Shown piece by piece: positions 50,691 through 62,435 of a stretch of DNA of 64,000 nt (the first letter of the stretch is position 1; each line of letters opens with the position of its first letter). The stretch covers positions 352,001-416,000 of the forward strand of contig CAWDKY010000017.1 of NCBI GenBank assembly GCA_963802945.1, read 5' to 3'. Made by a program: the position numbers and the translations under genes. Under the pieces are notes generated by a model. It was not told the DNA's origin and made no database searches. It saw only the letters and a list, made by a program, of their open reading frames with translations. Origin of the DNA: an uncultured delta proteobacterium (GTDB taxonomy: Bacteria > Desulfobacterota > RBG-13-43-22).

Positions 50691-52379
50691 TTGAGATTCA
50701 GCGGTGCGCAAATCTTAATTGAAAGCTTGATCCAGGAAGGGGTAACTTCCATTTTCGGCTACCCCGGAGGGAGTGTTACCGATATTTACGACTGCCTGGA
50801 AAAAAGCCCTATCCGCCACTATCTGGTTCGCCATGAACAAGGGGCAGTCCATATGGCCGATGGCTATGCCCGGAGTTCGGGAAAAGTAGGGGTCTGTCTG
50901 GTGACCTCAGGTCCGGGGGCCACTAATACGGTAACAGGAATTGCCTCAGCCTTCATGGATTCCATTCCAGTGGTGGTGTTTACCGGGCAGGTCCCGACTC
51001 CAATGATAGGCAATGACGCCTTTCAGGAAGTGGATATTGTCGGCATTACCCGGCCGTGTACCAAACACAATTATTTAGTCAAAAAGGTCGAAGATCTGGC
51101 TAGGACCATTAAGGAAGCCTTTTATCTGGCCCGTTCCGGCAGACCGGGACCGGTCCTGGTGGATTTACCCAAAGATGTGCTGCAAAACAAGGCGGAATTC
51201 AAATATCCTAAAAAAGTGGAAATGCACAGCTATAGGCCGACCTATAGCGCTCATACCGGGCAGATCGAAAAAGCGGCCGCCCAGATATTGAAGGCCAAGA
51301 GGCCGGTTATTTATGCCGGCGGTGGGGTGATCTCCTCCCATTCCTCCCCGGAACTCAAAGCCATGGCTGAAACCATGACGATCCCGGTGACCACAACCCT
51401 GATGGGACTCGGTGCCTTTCCGGGCAGTCACCCCCTTTGGTTGGGCATGCTGGGAATGCACGGGACCTATTGGGCCAATATGGCTGTGGACCAGAGCGAT
51501 CTCTTGATCGCCGTGGGTGCGCGATTTGACGACCGGGTTACTGGGAAGGTGGATCTTTTTGCCACCGAGGCCCGGATCATCCATATTGACATTGATCCGA
51601 CATCGATCCGAAAGAATGTCTCGGTGGATATCCCGATCGTCGGAGATTGCAAGGATGCCCTGAACAAGCTGAATCAATCCCTTCACAAGCAAGGGAAATC
51701 AGACTGGCGAAAGATTCGTCAACCCTGGCTGGAACAAATCAAAGAATGGAAAGAGACCCATCCCTTGAGTTATGAGCAGGGGAAAAACGAAATAAAACCC
51801 CAATATGTGGTTGAGAAAATTTATGAGGTAACCAAAGGGCAAGCCATCATTGCTACTGAAGTGGGGCAGAATCAGATGTGGGCCGCTCAATTTTATCATT
51901 TCGATCAGCCCAACTCTTTTATCACCTCCGGCGGATTGGGGGTCATGGGTTTTGGTTTTCCGGCCGCTATCGGGGCACAGGTGGCCTGCCCGGATCGAAT
52001 CGTCATTGATATTGCCGGGGACGGAAGCATCCAGATGAATATCCAGGAGATGGCCACGGTCGTCGCCAATCAGCTGCCGGTGAAGATTGCCATACTCAAT
52101 AACGGCTACTTGGGTATGGTTCGGCAATTTCAGGAACTTTTTTATGAAAAAAGATATGCCCAGACTTTCCTTAAAGGAAATCCTGATTTTGTAAAATTGG
52201 CCGAAGCCTATGGGGCAACAGGCCTTCGGGCCTCCAGACCTGAAGAGGTGGTTCCGGTTATAGAAAAGGCCTTGGCCGTCAAAGGCCCGGTGATCATGGA
52301 TTTTGCCGTCTGTCCGGAAGAATGTGTGGCTCCTATGGTCCCGGCAGGGAAGGGCATGACCGAGATGCTGTTGGTGTAG
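50691..52379 (+). CDS. ilvB: Acetolactate synthase large subunit
   Basis: [32 protein letters not shown] motif. Confidence 0.96.
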   Translation: MRFSGAQILIESLIQEGVTSIFGYPGGSVTDIYDCLEKSPIRHYLVRHEQGAVHMADGYARSSGKVGVCLVTSGPGATNTVTGIASAFMDSIPVVVFTGQVPTPMIGNDAFQEVDIVGITRPCTKHNYLVKKVEDLARTIKEAFYLARSGRPGPVLVDLPKDVLQNKAEFKYPKKVEMHSYRPTYSAHTGQIEKAAAQILKAKRPVIYAGGGVISSHSSPELKAMAETMTIPVTTTLMGLGAFPGSHPLWLGMLGMHGTYWANMAVDQSDLLIAVGARFDDRVTGKVDLFATEARIIHIDIDPTSIRKNVSVDIPIVGDCKDALNKLNQSLHKQGKSDWRKIRQPWLEQIKEWKETHPLSYEQGKNEIKPQYVVEKIYEVTKGQAIIATEVGQNQMWAAQFYHFDQPNSFITSGGLGVMGFGFPAAIGAQVACPDRIVIDIAGDGSIQMNIQEMATVVANQLPVKIAILNNGYLGMVRQFQELFYEKRYAQTFLKGNPDFVKLAEAYGATGLRASRPEEVVPVIEKALAVKGPVIMDFAVCPEECVAPMVPAGKGMTEMLLV

Positions 52380-52488
52380 TTTTAAAAGGATTCTAGGGGA
52401 CAAGGGGTCAAGGACCGTAGGGCGGAGTGAAAGGCCTGGAAGTTAAAACCCTCGACCCCTTGAATCCTCGAATCTTTGGGGTTTTATT

Positions 52489-53028
52489 ATGGAAAACAAT
52501 CAAGATCAAAAGCACACGATTTCTGCCCTGGTGGATAACGAGCCGGGGGTCCTGTCCCGAGTGACGGGCTTATTCAGCGGCCGGGGATTTAATATTGAAA
52601 GCCTCTGCGTGGCCGAGACCATGGATCCTCTGGTCTCCCGAATCACCCTGGTGACCCGTGGAAACGATCAGATCATCGAACAGATCACCAAACAACTCAA
52701 TAAGCTGGTCAATGTGATCAAGGTCATGGATCTCACCGGCACCGAATTTGTGGAAAGGGAGATGGCCTTGATCAAGGTCCGGGCCGAGGCCCAAACCCGG
52801 GCTGAAATTCTGCGGATCGTGGATATCTTCCGCTGTAAGGTGGTGGATGTAAGTCCACAGTTTTATACGATTGAAGTTACCGGAAATGAGGGTAAAATCA
52901 GGGCCATTCTTGATTTGCTCAATCACCTTGGTATCAAGGAGATTGCCAGAACCGGAGCTATTGCCATGGCCAGGAGCAAAAAAGAGGTTTTTCCAAAAAA
53001 AGAAAAGAAAGCCCCCTCTGAGATTTAA
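52489..53028 (+). CDS. ilvN: Acetolactate synthase small subunit
   Basis: NEPGVLSRVTGLFSGRGFNIESL; EIARTG. Confidence 0.96.
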   Translation: MENNQDQKHTISALVDNEPGVLSRVTGLFSGRGFNIESLCVAETMDPLVSRITLVTRGNDQIIEQITKQLNKLVNVIKVMDLTGTEFVEREMALIKVRAEAQTRAEILRIVDIFRCKVVDVSPQFYTIEVTGNEGKIRAILDLLNHLGIKEIARTGAIAMARSKKEVFPKKEKKAPSEI

Positions 53029-53141
53029 GAAATGAACGGGTTTCAAATATTGAAGGTTCAAGGTCCAAGGCCTGCGGGTAGGCAGGAGGTTCAAGGAAAA
53101 CCATACACCGTATACCTTGCACCCTATACCGATTTTTAGTT

Positions 53142-53779
53142 ATGCGTATTCCGATAGCCAGTCAGGGATATCCATTTATTGCTTTTGGACTGATGGGGGT
53201 TGTTTTTTTTCTTTGGCTGGACCTCCCCGTAGGTTGGGGAATATTCGGTCTGCTGACTCTGTTCGTAATTTCTTTCTTTAGGGACCCTGAACGGAAATCT
53301 CCACAGAAAGAAAAAGCCATATTAGCTCCTGCTGACGGGAAAGTCCTGCTAATTGAGGATAAAGGAGGTGACCCCATTTTCCACTGGGGGGACGATAAAG
53401 GTCAGTATTTTTATGTCGGTTTTTAACTGCCATGTTAATAGGATCCCGGTGAGCGGAACAATAGAAAATGTTTTTTATCGGGCAGGTAAATTTTACATCG
53501 GCCAATCAAGAGCGGGCCTCGGCCCAAAATGAACAAAATGCCTTACTCCTGCGCACCAACGAAGGACAGGAGATCGGTATCGTTCAGGTGGCCGGTCTGC
53601 TCGCCCGGAGGATAGTCTGCTGGGTGCGTAGCGGTGACACGGTTAAACGAGGTGAACGTTTCGGATTGATCCGGTTTGGTTCTCGGGTGGATCTTTTTTT
53701 GCCGCCATCGGTCCGGATTCTAATCCATCGGGGAGACAAGGTTAAAGCCGGGCTGACCATTTTAGGAGAATTGCCATGA
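53142..53779 (+). CDS. psd: Phosphatidylserine decarboxylase (frameshifts ~53365, ~53495)
   Basis: [35 protein letters not shown]. Confidence 0.9.
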
Positions 53780-54545
53780 GAAGTCAAAAATCAAAGGAAT
53801 AAAAATCGGAAGGATCGAAGAAGGGGCATTTTTGTACTTCCCAATCTGGTGACTACGGCCAGCCTTTTTTGTGGTTTTTATGCCGTTATTGCGGCCATTG
53901 CCGGGAATTTTTATCAGGCCGCCATTTCGGTCTTGATTGCCGCAGTTTTGGATGGTCTGGATGGGCGTATCGCCCGTCTGACCCGAACGACCAGCTCCTT
54001 TGGCGTTCAGTATGATTCGTTGTCCGATATGATTGCCTTTGGGCTGGCCCCGGGAGTTCTGGTTTTTCTATGGGCCTTAAAACCGTTCAACCGATACGGA
54101 TGGATGGCCGCCTTTCTCTATGTGGTTTGCGGGGCTTTACGTTTGGCCCGGTTCAATGTTCAAGCAGGGCAAATCAGCAATAAATATTTTGTCGGCCTTC
54201 CCATTCCGGCTGCGGCCAGTATCGTTGCCACGACTATTTTGTTCATCTATCAGATTGGCGGGACAGGATCGACTGGATATCTTTTGGTGTTGATTATGAT
54301 ATATGTCCTGTCATTTCTAATGGTCAGCAATTTCCCCTATCCCAGTTTTAAAGGAATGAAATTGGGGGAACGAAGATCTTTTAACTTTATGGTGGCTGTT
54401 GTTTTGGTGTTTGTTCGTGGTCGCCTTGGAACCTTTTGTTATGTTATCCCTTGGGGTTTTAGGATATGTGTTATCGGGCCCGATATTGTTTGTTTATAGG
54501 CTGAAAAAGAAACCGGTGCCGGAACCAGTGGAGAGAACAGTTTGA
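53776..54545 (+). CDS. pssA: CDP-diacylglycerol--serine O-phosphatidyltransferase (frameshifts ~53797, ~54415)
   Basis: LPNLVT; DGLDGRIAR..FGVQYDSLSD..FG.APG; LRLARFN; GLPIP. Confidence 0.9.
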
Positions 54546-54597
54546 ATACGATAATCGGTTTTTGATACTGGATAAAAACGAAAAGCGATACTGGATA

Positions 54598-54735
54598 CTA
54601 GTGTAGTGTTTCAATATTCCCTTTACAATTATGCCGTCATTCCCGCGAAAGCGGGAATCCAGGTTGAAAAGATTGGATTCCGGATCAAGTCCGGAATGAC
54701 AAAGCTGTAAACTTATTACAGATACACTACACTAG
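54598..54735. mobile_element. MITE family 1, copy A
   Basis: Perfect 12-bp inverted ends CTAGTGTAGTGT...ACACTACACTAG; core GTCATTCCCGCGAAAGCGGGAATCC...GGATTCCGGATCAAGTCCGGAATGAC. Confidence 0.88.
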
Positions 54736-54783
54736 ATAAAGGCAATCCAGCATCCAGCATCCAAAAGTGAGGGACTAAAAAAA

Positions 54784-56325
54784 ATGGCTGAGCGAATTAT
54801 TATTTTCGATACAACCTTAAGGGACGGAGAGCAGTCCCCTGGGGCCAGTATGAATAAGGCAGAGAAGTTGAGTCTGGCCCGCCAATTGGAAAAATTAAAG
54901 GTCGATGTCATTGAGGCCGGATTCCCGATCACCTCCCAAGGCGATTTTGAGGCCGTTTCTTTGATCTCCAAAGAGGTCAGAGGATTGACCGTTGCCGCTT
55001 TGGCCAGGGCGGAGAAGGTGGATATCGATCGGGCCTGGGGGGCCATAAAAGGAGCGGCCGATCCCCGGATACATATTGTGATCGCCACGTCGGACTTGCA
55101 TTTACAATACAAACTGAAGAAAACCAGAAGCGAGGTCCTGGAGATCATTCAGCGTGCCGTTTCCCATGCCCGGCGATACACTTCGAATATCGAATTTTCA
55201 GCAGAAGACGCCTCACGGACCGATCCTTCTTTTCTGGCCAGGGCGGCCCAGACGGCCATCAAGGCCGGGGCCACGACCATCAATATTCCTGATACCGTGG
55301 GCTATGCCCTGCCTGAAGAATTCGGGGAGCTGATACGGACCGTTCGGGAAAAGGTTTCGGACGATGGCCGGGTGGTCTGGAGTGTGCATTGCCATAATGA
55401 TTTGGGACTGGCTGTGGCCAATTCTTTGGCAGCCATTCACAATGGAGCCCGGCAGGTGGAAGTGACTATCAATGGCATTGGAGAAAGAGCCGGGAACACC
55501 TCTTTGGAAGAACTGGTGATGGCTATTCATACCCGGAAGGATCGGATGCCTTACACGACCAAGATTGAAAAAAAACAGATCTATTCGGCCAGTCGTTTGG
55601 TCAGCCGGATCACCGGGCTGGTTGTTCAGGCCAATAAGGCCGTGGTCGGGGCCAATGCCTTTGCCCATGAATCGGGGATCCATCAGGACGGCGTGCTTAA
55701 AAAGAGGACCACTTATGAAATATTGACTCCCAAAGACATCGGTCTGGACAAGAGCATCTTGGTTTTAGGGAAACATTCAGGCAGACATGCCTTTCAAGAT
55801 CGCCTGAAGGATATGGGATATGTTTTGAATCAGGAGGACATGCAAAAGGTCTTTGATCGTTTCAAGGAACTGGCCGACAAGAAAAAAGAAGTGGTCAACG
55901 AAGATATTGAGGCCTTGATCGCCGATGAGATCCTGATGATCCCGGATACATTTAAATTGATTTATTTGAGCGTGATCAGCGGAAACATGGCCGTGCCCAC
56001 GGCCACGGTCAAGATCGAAGTCAATGGAGAGATCATCCAGAAGGCCGGTTTCGGGGTCGGTCCGATTGATGCCACTTTCAACACCATCAATAAGATAATC
56101 CGGACCCGTACCAAGGTTGGCAAACTTTTGAGTTTTTCAGTCAATGCTATTACCGGCGGCATGGATGCCCAGGGACAGGTTAATGTCCGGTTGGAACAAG
56201 GCGGCAAGATCGTCCTGGGCAAGGGATCGGATTCCGATATTATCACCGCCAGCGCCAAGGCATATTTGAATGCCTTGAATCGCCTGGAATATTTAAGGAA
56301 AAATCCGATTAAAAAATTATCGTAA
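54784..56325 (+). CDS. leuA: 2-isopropylmalate synthase
   Basis: DTTLRDGEQSPG, HCHNDLG, GERAGN, HESGIHQDG. Confidence 0.96.
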   Translation: MAERIIIFDTTLRDGEQSPGASMNKAEKLSLARQLEKLKVDVIEAGFPITSQGDFEAVSLISKEVRGLTVAALARAEKVDIDRAWGAIKGAADPRIHIVIATSDLHLQYKLKKTRSEVLEIIQRAVSHARRYTSNIEFSAEDASRTDPSFLARAAQTAIKAGATTINIPDTVGYALPEEFGELIRTVREKVSDDGRVVWSVHCHNDLGLAVANSLAAIHNGARQVEVTINGIGERAGNTSLEELVMAIHTRKDRMPYTTKIEKKQIYSASRLVSRITGLVVQANKAVVGANAFAHESGIHQDGVLKKRTTYEILTPKDIGLDKSILVLGKHSGRHAFQDRLKDMGYVLNQEDMQKVFDRFKELADKKKEVVNEDIEALIADEILMIPDTFKLIYLSVISGNMAVPTATVKIEVNGEIIQKAGFGVGPIDATFNTINKIIRTRTKVGKLLSFSVNAITGGMDAQGQVNVRLEQGGKIVLGKGSDSDIITASAKAYLNALNRLEYLRKNPIKKLS

Positions 56326-56433
56326 AAAAGAATACAGAATTCAGAAGTCAGAATTCAGAATGAAAAAATAAATTCAGTAGTTCCTTTTCTGTATTCTAGC
56401 TTCTGACTGCTGGATTCTAAAGGTGTATTTGTC

Positions 56434-57711
56434 ATGTCCCAAACCATTACCGAAAAAATATTGGCTGCTCATGCCGGGATGAAGACCGTTCATCCGGGGC
56501 AATTGATTGAAGCCAGGGTGGATCTGGCCCTGGGCAATGATATTACCGCTCCAATCGCCATAAAGGTTTTTCATAAGGCAGGCGGTAAAAAGGTCTTTGA
56601 TCCGAAAAAGGTGGTTATCGTTCCCGATCATTTTGTGCCCAACAAGGATATCGCAGCAGCCGAACAATGTCGGGAAATGCGTCTCTTTGCCCGGGAGCAA
56701 AAACTGCCCCATTATTTTGAGTTGGGGGAGATGGGGATAGAACATGCCTTACTCCCGGAAAAAGGGCTGGTCCTGCCCGGGGATCTGGTTATCGGGGCTG
56801 ACAGCCATACCTGTACCTATGGGGCCTTGGGGGCCTTTGCCAGCGGTATGGGGAGCACGGACCTGGGTGCGACCATGATCACCGGCCGAACCTGGTTGAA
56901 GGTCCCAGAGACCATCAAGCTCGTTTATCAGGGTAAACCCAAGCCCTGGGTTTCCGGAAAGGACCTAATCCTTTATACCATCGGCGATCTCGGTGTGGAT
57001 GGGGCCCGTTATCAGGCAATGGAATTTACAGGCCCGGCCCTGGCCGCATTTTCCATGGCCGATCGTTTCACGATGGCCAATATGGCCGTTGAGGCCGGGG
57101 CCAAGAACGGCATATTTATCCCGGATGATAAGACCCTGGCTTATGTTCAGGAACGTTCAAAGAAAAAAGGGAAGATCTATAGTTCCGATTCAGGGGCGGA
57201 ATATCGGGAAATAAGGCACTATAACTTGGGGGAAATCGAACCCCAGGTGGCTTTCCCGCATCTGCCGGAGAACGCCCGGCCTATATCCAAGGTAGGGAAG
57301 GTCTCTATTGATCAAGCAGTCATCGGGTCCTGCACCAACGGCCGGCTGGAGGATTTGCGTATCGCCGCTAAGGTGCTGAAAGGTCATAAGGTGGCCAAGG
57401 GAGTCCGGTTGATCATCATCCCGGCCACCCCCTGGATCTATCGTCAGGCCATGGTAGAAGGTCTGTTTGATATCTTTTTGGAAGCCGGTGGAGTAATCAG
57501 CACGCCAACCTGCGGTCCTTGCCTCGGAGGTTATATGGGTATTCTGGCCCAAGGAGAACGGGCCATTGCCACGACCAATCGGAATTTTGTCGGTCGTATG
57601 GGTCATCCCAAAAGCGAGGTCTATCTGGCTGGGCCGGCTGTTACTGCTGCCTCGGCCGTTTTGGGGATTATCGGGCCGGTGGAGGCCTTGCCGAAGGTGA
57701 AGAAAAAATAA
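56434..57711 (+). CDS. leuC: 3-isopropylmalate dehydratase large subunit (short type)
   Basis: [32 protein letters not shown]. Confidence 0.93.
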   Translation: MSQTITEKILAAHAGMKTVHPGQLIEARVDLALGNDITAPIAIKVFHKAGGKKVFDPKKVVIVPDHFVPNKDIAAAEQCREMRLFAREQKLPHYFELGEMGIEHALLPEKGLVLPGDLVIGADSHTCTYGALGAFASGMGSTDLGATMITGRTWLKVPETIKLVYQGKPKPWVSGKDLILYTIGDLGVDGARYQAMEFTGPALAAFSMADRFTMANMAVEAGAKNGIFIPDDKTLAYVQERSKKKGKIYSSDSGAEYREIRHYNLGEIEPQVAFPHLPENARPISKVGKVSIDQAVIGSCTNGRLEDLRIAAKVLKGHKVAKGVRLIIIPATPWIYRQAMVEGLFDIFLEAGGVISTPTCGPCLGGYMGILAQGERAIATTNRNFVGRMGHPKSEVYLAGPAVTAASAVLGIIGPVEALPKVKKK

Positions 57712-57792
57712 GTTCAGAGTTCGGAGAAAACCTTATCTCCTCAAGAAATTTTTTGAAAGTAAAGAGCACATTCATATAAAAAAGGGGAAGCA

Positions 57793-58326
57793 ATGAAGTA
57801 CAGTGGAAGGGTCTGGAAGTTTGGAGACCATGTGGATACAGATGTGATTATACCGGCTCGATATCTGAACACATCGGATTCCAAGGAGCTGGGGCGACAC
57901 TGCATGGAAGATGCCGACCCCGATTTTTTAAAGAAGATCCATAAAGGAGACATTATTGTGGCCGGAAGAAATTTCGGCAGCGGTTCTTCGAGAGAACATG
58001 CCCCCATAGCTATTAAGGCGGCGGGGATTTCTTGTGTCATTGCCGAAAATTTCGCCCGTATTTTTTATCGCAATGCTTTTAATATGGGGCTTCCGATATT
58101 CGAATCTCCGGAAGCAGCCCAACACATTCAAGAAGGAGATTGGGTGGGGGTGAATGCGCAAACCGGAGTGATTGAAGATCAAACCTTGCATAAAAAATTC
58201 CAGGCCGAACCGATTCCTCCCTTTATGCAAGAATTGATTCATGACGGAGGTTTGATAAAGCACATAAAAAAAGTTCAAAGTTTAAAGTTGATGGACTCGG
58301 GAAAAGTCGTCAAAAACCCATTTTAG
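57793..58326 (+). CDS. leuD: 3-isopropylmalate dehydratase small subunit
   Basis: [30 protein letters not shown]. Confidence 0.94.
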   Translation: MKYSGRVWKFGDHVDTDVIIPARYLNTSDSKELGRHCMEDADPDFLKKIHKGDIIVAGRNFGSGSSREHAPIAIKAAGISCVIAENFARIFYRNAFNMGLPIFESPEAAQHIQEGDWVGVNAQTGVIEDQTLHKKFQAEPIPPFMQELIHDGGLIKHIKKVQSLKLMDSGKVVKNPF

Positions 58327-58423
58327 TCATTCCCGTGAAAACGGGAATCCAGTAAGATTATTCAGTTCATAGTCTCCTGGACCCCGGCTTTCGCCGGGGT
58401 GACGACTTTTTAGAGTTTAGCAA
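58288..58423. mobile_element. MITE/REP-like element, family 2, overlapping the leuD 3' end
   Basis: TTGATGGACTCGGGAAAAGTC...GACTTTTTAGAGTTTAGCAA ends; GTCATTCCCGTGAAAACGGGAATCC and CCCCGGCTTTCGCCGGGG hairpins. Confidence 0.75.
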
Positions 58424-58489
58424 AGTAAATGGACTTCCAATGATTGGATCAAAGTTAAAATATTGGATAAAAGATCTAAAGGAAAAACG

Positions 58490-59549
58490 ATGAGCAAAAC
58501 TTTTAAGATTGCAGTCATTTCTGGAGACGGCACCGGACCGGAGGTGGTGGCCGAAGGCTTGAAAGTGCTGAAAGTGGTCGAGCAGAAAGGGGAAGGAGCT
58601 TTTCAATTCATTCCTTTTGATCTGGGCGGTGATCGCTATTTGAAGACCGGTGATATATTGCCGGATACCGAATTGGCCGAGTTAAAAAATATGGACGCCA
58701 TTTATCTTGGGGCCATCGGCCATCCGGAAGTCAAGCCCGGTATCTTGGAAAAAGGTTTGCTGCTCCGACTGCGCTTTGAACTGGATCAATATATCAATTT
58801 ACGGCCGGTTATTCTTTATCCCGGCGTAGAAACACCCTTAAGAAATAAAGGGTCTGAAGACATCGATTTCATAGTCATCAGGGAAAACACCGAAGGTCTT
58901 TATGCCGGGTCCGGGGGCTTTCTGAAAAAAGGGACCGCCGATGAAGTGGCCATCCAGGAATCCGTCAATACCCGTAAGGGGGTGGAGCGGTGTATTCGCT
59001 ATGCCTTTGAGCTTTGCCAAAAGCGGAATCAGGAAACGCAAACTCACCTTGTGCGGGAAGACCAATGTCCTGACTTTTGCCTTTGATCTCTGGGAGCGGG
59101 TTTTTCATGAGGTGGCAGAAGAATATCCCCAGGTCACCATCGATTACGCCCATGTAGATGCCGTCTGTATGTGGATGGTGAAAAATCCGGAATGGTTCGA
59201 TGTGATCGTCACCGATAATATGTTCGGAGATATTATCACCGATCTGGGAGCCATGATCCAGGGGGGAATGGGTATTGCCGCCGGCGGGAACATCAATCCC
59301 CAGGGGGTGTCCATGTTTGAACCGATCGGCGGATCGGCCCCAAAATATGCGGGTAAGAATGTCATTAATCCTCTGGCGGCCATCGGGGCCGCCCAGATGA
59401 TGCTGGCTCACCTGGGGTTGAATCAGGCCGCCCGGCGGGTGGAAAAGGCCATTCGGGCAGTGGTTAAAAACAATATCAAGGATCTGACCGCCGGCAAAAT
59501 GGGATACACAACCCAGGAGGTCGGAGACTTGGTGGTGAAGAATTTATAA
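58490..59549 (+). CDS. leuB: 3-isopropylmalate dehydrogenase (frameshift ~59030)
   Basis: [36 protein letters not shown]. Confidence 0.92.
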
Positions 59550-59641
59550 GCTCACAGCCAACAGCCTTCAGCTTTCAGAACCCCTTTTTCTTTGCTGACG
59601 GCTGATCGCTGAGAGCTAATTGCTTAAAAGGAAGGTGCATC

Positions 59642-60659
59642 ATGAGTAGATTATGGAATGTGGCAGTGGCCGGGGCCACCGGAGCGGTGGGGAATCAGAT
59701 GATCCGTTGTCTGGAGGAAAGGAATTTCCCTGTAAAAAATATCAAGTTCTTGGCTTCGACCCGCTCCGTCGGCAAAAGCCTCCCATTCAAGGGGACGCTG
59801 ATTGCGGTTGAAGAATTGAAGGAGGATTCCTTCAAAGGGGTGGACATCGCCCTGTTTTCCGCCGGGGCTTCGACCAGCTTGAAGTTTGCACCTCTGGCAG
59901 CCCAGTCCGGCTGTGTGGTGATTGATAATTCCAGCGCCTTCCGGATGGATCCCAAGATTCCTTTGGTTGTTCCTGAATGCAATGCCAAGCGTGTCCGCCA
60001 GGGCCCGGGTATTATTGCCAACCCGAATTGTTCGACCATTCAGATGGTAGTGGCCCTGAAGCCGATTCATGTCAAGCTGGGGATAAAACGAATCATCGTC
60101 TCCACCTACCAGGCCGTATCCGGGACCGGGCAGAAGGCGATTTTTGAATTAAGGGATCAGATTGTGGATTTAGCGGCGGGCAAGGAACCGGTGATCAAGG
60201 TGTATCCCTATCAAATTGCCTATAACTGTTTGCCGCATATCGATGTGTTTCTGGACAATGGTTATACCAAGGAAGAAATGAAGATGGTTAACGAAACCCG
60301 AAAGATCCTGGAAGATGATTCCATCAAGATCTCGGCTACCACGGTTCGGGTTCCGGTTTATTACGGCCATTCGGAAGCGGTCAATATTAAAACCGATAAA
60401 AAGACCACCCCGCAGGAAGTAAGAAAACTGCTTGCAAAAGGCCCCTGGCGTGGTTGTCGTGGATGATATCGCCAACAAGGTTTATCCGACGGCTTTGATG
60501 TCCGAAGGGAAGGACGAGGTCTTTGTCGGCCGGATTCGGGAAGATTTTTCCGATAGAAACGGGATCGCCATGTGGATCGTGTCCGATAATATCCGCAAAG
60601 GGGCGGCTACCAACGCCGTCCAGATCGCAGAAATCTGGGCCCAAAAGGCGGGTCGTTAA
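59642..60659 (+). CDS. asd: Aspartate-semialdehyde dehydrogenase (frameshift ~60440)
   Basis: GATGAVG, NPNCST, TYQAVSG, VRVPV..GHS, DNIRKGAATNA. Confidence 0.95.
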
Positions 60660-60761
60660 CATAGAGTTCGAGGGATGAAGGAGGCAAGATGAGGGACGAG
60701 TTTAAGCAGTAGTTTGGCAAGCTGTTGCGTCTTTCATTTTTCGTCCCTCGTTGGTATTTTT

Positions 60762-61319
60762 ATGAGGATCATCGCCGGTTCATGCAAAGGACGCCGTTTG
60801 GCTCCGCTGAAAGGAAGTCAAACACGTCCGACTCAAGACCGGATCCGAGAAGCGATTTTTAATATTTTGGAACCCAGTGGTCCTTTTCTCCATGTGGCCG
60901 ATTTGTTTGCCGGGAGCGGGGCCATGGGCTTGGAGGCCTTAAGTCGTTGGGGGGGAAAGGCGGTCTTTGTTGAATCCTCCCGACCGGCAATGGATAGTCT
61001 CCGGGAAAATATTCATCGTTTGAAATTGGAGGACCAATCCCGCTTGATCCAACGGGATCTGGCTCGAGGGGTTCAATTTTTAGCCAAAATCAACGGTCCC
61101 TTCGACCTAATTTTTTCCGATCCTCCCTATGGACAAGGCTGGTGTAATTTGATAATCTCATCACTGCTGAGCCCTCCGATGCTCAAACCAACCGGGATTT
61201 TGGTTCTGGAACACGATTTAAAGGAGCCTATTCCGGAGAAGGTGGGGGATTGGGGGATAAGGGATCAACGCCGATATGGGAGGACCAGGGTGTCCTTTTA
61301 TCATTTAATGAAGAGGTGA
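60762..61319 (+). CDS. rsmD: 16S rRNA m2G966 methyltransferase
   Basis: MRIIAG, RPT, DLFAGSG, DPPY. Confidence 0.93.
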   Translation: MRIIAGSCKGRRLAPLKGSQTRPTQDRIREAIFNILEPSGPFLHVADLFAGSGAMGLEALSRWGGKAVFVESSRPAMDSLRENIHRLKLEDQSRLIQRDLARGVQFLAKINGPFDLIFSDPPYGQGWCNLIISSLLSPPMLKPTGILVLEHDLKEPIPEKVGDWGIRDQRRYGRTRVSFYHLMKR

Positions 61320-61327
61320 AAATCCAG

Positions 61328-61900
61328 ATGAGTCGTGTAGCCATTTATCCGGGGTCTTTTGATCCCATTACCAATGGGCATCTTAGTTTGCTTCGTCGGG
61401 GCCTTCAGATATTCGATAAAATTATTGTTGCCATTGCCATCAATCCGGAAAAGAAGCCTTTGTTCAGCCTGGAAGAACGGATCGACATCCTTAAAACGGT
61501 TTTGAAGGATTATCCCCGGATTCAGATCGATCATTTTCAGGGATTGTTGGTGGACTATGTCCAACGACAGGAAACCAACATCGTTTTAAGGGGACTCCGG
61601 GCCATGTCGGATTTTGAATACGAATTTCAGTTGGCCCTGATGAATCGAAAGCTGACCCAAAAAGTTGAGACGGTTTTTATGATGACTGACTATAGATGGT
61701 TCTATATCAGTTCCACTATTATCAAAGAGGCCGCCTCGCTGGGAGGCAATATTGACGGATTGGTTCCGGAATTTGTCAACCAGCGGCTGAGAGAAAAATT
61801 CGGATTCCCTCCGAAATCTTCGGCTAATAATCATACCAAATCCAATAACCGATTAAAGAATTTCGCCCGTAATTCCAGACAAAAGGAAATCTGGGGATAA
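61328..61900 (+). CDS. coaD: Phosphopantetheine adenylyltransferase
   Basis: YPGSFDPITNGH, RGLR..SDFEYE, ISS. Confidence 0.96.
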   Translation: MSRVAIYPGSFDPITNGHLSLLRRGLQIFDKIIVAIAINPEKKPLFSLEERIDILKTVLKDYPRIQIDHFQGLLVDYVQRQETNIVLRGLRAMSDFEYEFQLALMNRKLTQKVETVFMMTDYRWFYISSTIIKEAASLGGNIDGLVPEFVNQRLREKFGFPPKSSANNHTKSNNRLKNFARNSRQKEIWG

Positions 61901-61943
61901 CACCTCATGTTTTTTTTCTCTGCCGAATAAATGGAAAAATAGA

Positions 61944-62389
61944 ATGCCCGAATTCGTACCTGTGGAGACATTGAAACAAATGGTCGGACAAGAAAACGGC
62001 CTCAGCGACTGGGTGCTTATTGATCAGGACCGGATCAACCAGTTTGCGGACATCACCGGACAAAAAGCTTGGATCCATGTGGATATCGACAGGGCCAAGG
62101 AAGGGCCGTTCGGCGGTCCTATCGGGCACGGAGACTTTTTACTCTCCCTGATTCCGGTATTTAGCGCCTCAGCGAAATATGCACCGGCCGGTGTCAAAAT
62201 GGCCTGAATAAGGTCCGCTATCTTAATCCCGTTCCTGTCAATGCACGGGTGCGTTCCCGAATGGTTATCTCCGGTGTTGAAGAAAAACAATACGGCCGAA
62301 TGCTTATGACCACGACTCATACCGTCGAAATAGAAGGCCAGGAAAAATCGGCCTGCATCGCCGAAAGCCTGGCCATGCTTTTTTTTTAA
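61944..62389 (+). pseudogene. MaoC/NodN-like dehydratase disrupted at ~62200
   Basis: SDW..IDQDRINQFA..WIHVD..A..PFGG.I.HG; stop after GVKMA; resumes in another frame as GLNKVRY..PV, with the usual INY residues missing. Confidence 0.75.
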
Positions 62390-62435
62390 AAGAATGACGC
62401 TTTTGCCTTCCTGTTGCCTTTCCGCTGGGAATTGA

